NCBI RefSeq assembly: GCF_009914755.1
Contig: NC_060942.1
Length of the DNA stretch: 64,000 nt
Source: the human T2T-CHM13v2.0 reference genome, Homo sapiens
Reading direction: 5' to 3' (one strand)
A program made the translations under genes and the position numbers. The notes beneath the pieces were generated by a model. It had not been told where the DNA came from and ran no database searches. It saw only the letters and a list, made by a program, of their open reading frames with translations. This document shows, piece after piece, positions 58,967-64,000 of the stretch (position 1 is its first letter; each line of letters begins with the position of its first letter).

Positions 58967-60075
58967 TAGTCTATGCAATGTGTTCATAAACACTAGCTTA
59001 TAGAAAATGTAAAGAACTCTTTGGAATCTAACTTGTTATGGAAATCATTGGTGAACCAGCTGCATAATAAAGTGAAAGAAGATAGCTTCAATATATTGAT
59101 ACTTCATGACAGCTCATCTATGAGACCTGCAGATGTCCTGAAAGTTAGAGTGGAACTAATTTAAAACATTTCACTTTACATGAAACAGACTGTATTTTTA
59201 TAAGCAAGGTCCAATATACTATAAATCTACTTTTTAATGTTAAGTTGAATAATAATTCAAGTAAGAAAGACTCTAGACCTACTCTTTCCCCCAAGTTACT
59301 CAATAGCCTATCGTATTTTAAATAAAAACTCAAGTATCATAAATCTGAGGGTTGCAAAGTATATTTAGTATTCCAGTTTAAGTTATCTAGGTGATACTGC
59401 CATTAAACTGATGACGACAACATTAAGAAAAAGTGGTTGGCCGAAGAGAATTTTGAATACATCTCACACTGAAGTATGACATCATTTTTGCTTGTTTTCA
59501 GGTTTCCAAAAATTCATGATGTTTAGCAGTAAGATTTTCCCCACAGCCTGCCTTTTAAACTAGCCTGAGTTATGAACATCTATCACACAGACTCCATCAC
59601 TGTTCTTCCTGTTCGCTAACATTCAGCAGAGTTGATTTCAAATTGTTTCACAAAAAAAGCCCTGTTAGGAAGTAGATTTCTAATTTCACACATGATTAAA
59701 AGTAAACACACAAAAAGGCCATTTTACCCATATTTTGAAGGGCACATAGGTTTAATTCTACAGTAATAATACTGGAGGAAACATTGTTTTAGGTCCTTGT
59801 AAAACATATTATGATTTATATGATTTTCTTTGTATAAACACTTCTACCTTCAAATTGTGTCATTAATTTTACAGTAATTTCATTTATTCTGTAAGGGCAA
59901 CTCTACCTTTTCAACCATTATGCCAGTTTTGAAATATATCTATTTCGTAAACAATCTCTAGACTGCTAATGGGTTTTGCATGTTGGCAAGGATACAGCAG
60001 AATAAATAATAACTAAAAATCCATGTTGACCTGTTGTCTTCATTGTCATATCAAAATAAGATTTTAGTTTTTTAA

Positions 60076-60381
<306 letters not shown>

Positions 60382-61539
60382 CAGAATTTATATATATATA
60401 TATTTTAAATCTGAATGTGTTAAATACAAATTGACACAGAACAGTAGAGAGTCAGGTGTATATATAAAATGAAAAGCAAAATGTAAGTCTAAGACACAGA
60501 AAATTTTGGAAAGCTAACTTTGATTTCAAATTCAACTTCCTAAATATGATTTGGGATTTCCTTAGTGGGTGAATAAGGGCAGGCAATTAAGGTCCATTCT
60601 CTTACTTTTCAAGAGCTTCAGTTCTGGTAGTGGGGTGCCTCGGAGGCAGATAGCAAAAGTGTATGCATTAAAACAAGTTTTGTGTAAAGGATTTGTTAGA
60701 CAAAAAACCAAATATTTGTGGGTGAGTTCTTAATACTAAATAAAGATAGTTGTATATTGTTTTAAACAAATTTAGATTTGCCTTTTAGATATAATCACAT
60801 GCATTACTATAAATTATTTTTTCCTTTTAATATAGTCAGGAAAAATCCACAGCATTTAGCAACAGCATACCTTTGGATAAAACTGCTTATAGTTATATGT
60901 TTCGTTTCAGCATCAGTGAGAAAATATACATTATTATGCCACCGTTTAAAATGCTGGTGCTCCTTTATTTTATATAGTGTTTTATTGCTTCATATGTGGA
61001 ATATTAAAATCACCTTAACAGCTAGCCGGATGAGATAATCACACTCCACGCTACAGCTCCCTGACTACAGCTAAAAACTCTGCATAAAATACGGCAGGTT
61101 TGAAGGTCTCTGCAAGGGCTCTGAAAAGTGGATAAGAATAAGAGGACTTACACGAAAGCCAGAAATAGAGGGGAGACTGAGCAGTACATTTCCTGGGGTT
61201 TTAATTTATATTTTGTATATACCAACAGGCTCCAGATCAGTCTAAGCTGCAGAGCTTTGAATAGGAACACACCAAAAAAGCTCCAGAAAAATTCACTTCC
61301 TCTGGCCAGAAGATGGGAGTGGGGTAGGGGTGGGGAGGCTACAGAAAAGCCTTTAGACTCTTGGCCATCTCCATCCAAGTGTCAGCAAAGAACTAGCAGC
61401 CCTCCCCTCCCTCTCATGGGGGTGGCGTTGGGGATGGCAGCCTCAGTGGGGTGAAGTTTTTGTTATCTTTTACTCTTGCCCCCCTCAGCTAGAAAGACAA
61501 TCTCAGACCCTGAGGGGTGAAGCCCATGGTAACTGTCAG

Positions 61540-62990
61540 TCCAGAATCCTCTACCTAGCAAAATTAAATCTCTCAGAAATAGAGCAAACTGGGAAAATTA
61601 TCAAGTGAAAACTAAACAAATTCATCACTAGTAGGTCTACTTAAAGGAAATACTAAAGGAAGTTCTTTGAGTGGAAGGGAAATGGTTAAAAGGGGGAACC
61701 AGCTGGCTGTGGTGGCTCATGCCTGTAATCCCAGCACTTTGGGAGGCAGAGGCAGACTGAGCACTTGAGGTCAGGGGTTTGAGACCAGCCTGGCCAACAT
61801 GGCAAAATCCTGTCTCTATCAAAAATACAAGAAGTTAGCCAGGCCTGGTGGTGCACACCTGTAATCCCAGCTACTTGAGAGTCTTAGGCAGGAGAATTGC
61901 TTTAACCAGGGGGACAGAGGTTGCTGTGAACCAAGATCACACCACTGTACTCCAGCCTGGAAGACAGAGTAAGACTCTGTCTCAAAAAAAAAAAAAAAAA
62001 AAAAAAAAAACCCAAAAAAAAAAAAAAAAAAAACCACCACCAAAGGAAACCTGCCTACAAATTCAGGAATTTTTGTTTAAAAATTAGTAGAAATCTTAAA
62101 TATCTGAGTATACAACATGGGCTATTTTTCACCTCTTATATTCATTATAACATATAAAACTATTAAAAACAAAAAGCATAACATTGCCTGATGGACTTTT
62201 TCACAGGCTGACGTAGTTACCTGTGAAAACTGTAACATCAAGGAGACAGTCTACGGGTACTTATTTATTTGTAAAGTTTCTATTTATTAGTGCTATTTGG
62301 AATACAAAATATCACTCTAACAAGATTAGGGAAAATTAAAAGGGAAGCATAAATACAAGGGGCCTAGAATGATTAAGTTTAAATATTTACCTAGTAAGAA
62401 TTTCGAGATAAGAGACTAGGGAGAAAAGGAGAGGAGTGATATTCTAAGGGTTAATGACCAAGAGCTTTCCTGAAAAAGGCCGGAAGGAAGATACTAAGCA
62501 CACTTAACCCCAAGAAGGATATCTAGAAAGGAGCCTACATCCTCAATATATTAGAGTTAGATTGTGGAACACCAATGACAAGATAAAATTTGAATGAGTT
62601 TAAAAGCAAGGTGGATGGAAAATGGAGGCAATCGTTTGATTTATAGCATTCTAAAGTATCTTGTATTGCTTGAGAAAAGGTTAATTCTGTTCATTAGCTT
62701 CAGACTTTGTTAAGACAAGTGTGTTATAAAGTTTTTGAAAAGGAATAAGAGGGAATTTTTAAAGCCTGATTAACCCATAGAAAGCAGGCAAATATAATAG
62801 TAAAAACAAGCAAAACAACAACAAAAACTTAGTAAATGGAAAGCACAAAATAAATCCACCATCAGAGAACATGATACTATAAGTGAATTAATCTAATCAA
62901 CTTTAGATTTAAAAAAATAATCCACTTATGTGCTTCTTATAAGAGATACCCTTAAGACAAAAGGACAAAAAAAAAATGTTGAAAGTTAAG
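61540..62990 (+). mobile_element. Old L1M ORF1/inter-ORF relics
   Basis: CCAGAATCCTCTACCTAGCAAAATT (resembles PRILYPAKL) and AAAGGAAATACTAAAGGAAGTTCTT. Confidence 0.55.
61701..62033 (+). mobile_element. AluS with ~50-nt A-rich tail
   Basis: Diverged dimer followed by A27-CCC-A19. Confidence 0.93.
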
Positions 62991-63601
62991 ACCAGCCTCA
63001 CATTAGTGATTGTTCAGTTAATACCATTTGCCTTAAATGACTCTCGAAGAGTTCTAATTTGCTGAAGACTCTTTTTCTCCATTTGGTATAATTTGCTAAG
63101 GAAAGATGCAATAAGAAGTGATAATTTGGGTTTTTTTAGGTAAACTCATGCTCACCAGTTTACTTAATATAAAATTTTCTGGTCAGAAAATATCTCAAAA
63201 AACAAATTTATATATTCATAATTCTAATTGTACATTGTGTTTGGGTAAACCCAAACAGAGTGAAGAGGTTGTATCTTTTATGACGTTTTAGTCTGTCACG
63301 TACATCACTGTTTCCATAGATTTAGGAAGTGCTCTTGTGTTTAGTTTTTATTTTGCCCTGAAGACGTTATCTGGACTTATAACTATGTTCAAGTGTATTT
63401 GGAATGAAAAATTAACCATAAGTTCCGAAAAGTTGAAAAACAGGTGCTGACATGGACTGCGCCTTCCGACAAATGCATGGTTCTCCGCCAATGCCCTCCC
63501 GTCATCAAGTCCTCCTCACTTGACAAGTACAATAAACTGTCATCATGCTATAGTTATTAGCGTGCTGCATTTACTTCTTTTTTATTTTTTAATTACCTAT
63601 A

Positions 63602-63998
63602 TGATATGGTTTGGATGTGTGTCCCCTCCAAATCTCATGTTGAAATGTGACCTCCAGTGTTGGAGGTGGGGCCCGGTGGAGGTGTTTGGGTCACGGGGGT
63701 TGATGCCTCATGAATGGCTTGGTGCCCTCCCGTGGTTATGAGTTCACATGGGAGCTGGTGTTGATGGAGCCTGACTCCTCCTCCTCACTCTCTCGCTCCC
63801 TCTCTTGCCATGTAATGTGCTGGCTCCACTTCACCTTCTGCCATGAGTAAAAGCTTCCTGAGGCCTCACCAGAAGCAGATGCCAGCACCAGGCTTCCTCT
63901 ACCTCCTACACAACCATGAGTCAAAATAAACCACTTTTCTTTATAAATTACCCAGTCTCAGATATTCCTTTATAGTAATGCAAGAACGTACTAACACA
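63602..63998 (+). mobile_element. MSTB-like MaLR solo LTR
   Basis: TGATATGGTTTGGATGTGTGTCCCCTCCAAATCTCATG...GTACTAACACA. Confidence 0.9.
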
Positions 63999-64000
63999 CT

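Noticed and set aside
59502-59528. Possible 27-nt micro-exon (TTTTCAG|...GCA|GTAAGA)
   Set aside because: Such splice-like pairs are common by chance, and there is no other support.

Overview
This is eukaryotic, catarrhine-primate (human-like) genomic DNA, not a prokaryotic locus. It is AT-rich and repeat-dense: one L1PA 5' half, about 25 Alu/FLAM copies, solo ERV1/ERVL/MaLR LTRs, hAT MITEs and old L1M/L2/L3/MIR relics. I find no intact protein-coding gene, RNA gene or CRISPR array. The only genuinely protein-like ORFs in the track are the broken L1 ORF1/ORF2 pieces. The non-repeat signals worth following are: (i) a CpG-retaining promoter-like segment with two candidate + strand 5' exons near 50.9-51.25 kb; (ii) a strong CTCF motif (4577-4595) and a palindromic RFX X-box (18057-18073); (iii) a decayed minus-strand relic with motifs collinear with PNMA/Ty3-gypsy Gag (47.3-48.3 kb); (iv) several short templated duplications, including an inverted 29-bp copy pasted into a THE1 LTR from about 2.4 kb away; and (v) an unnamed ~340-bp element with ~40-bp inverted arms. 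I cannot support a claim of a new biological system. Repeat subfamily names are recalled by eye and need RepeatMasker/Dfam confirmation, and boundaries of old repeats are approximate.
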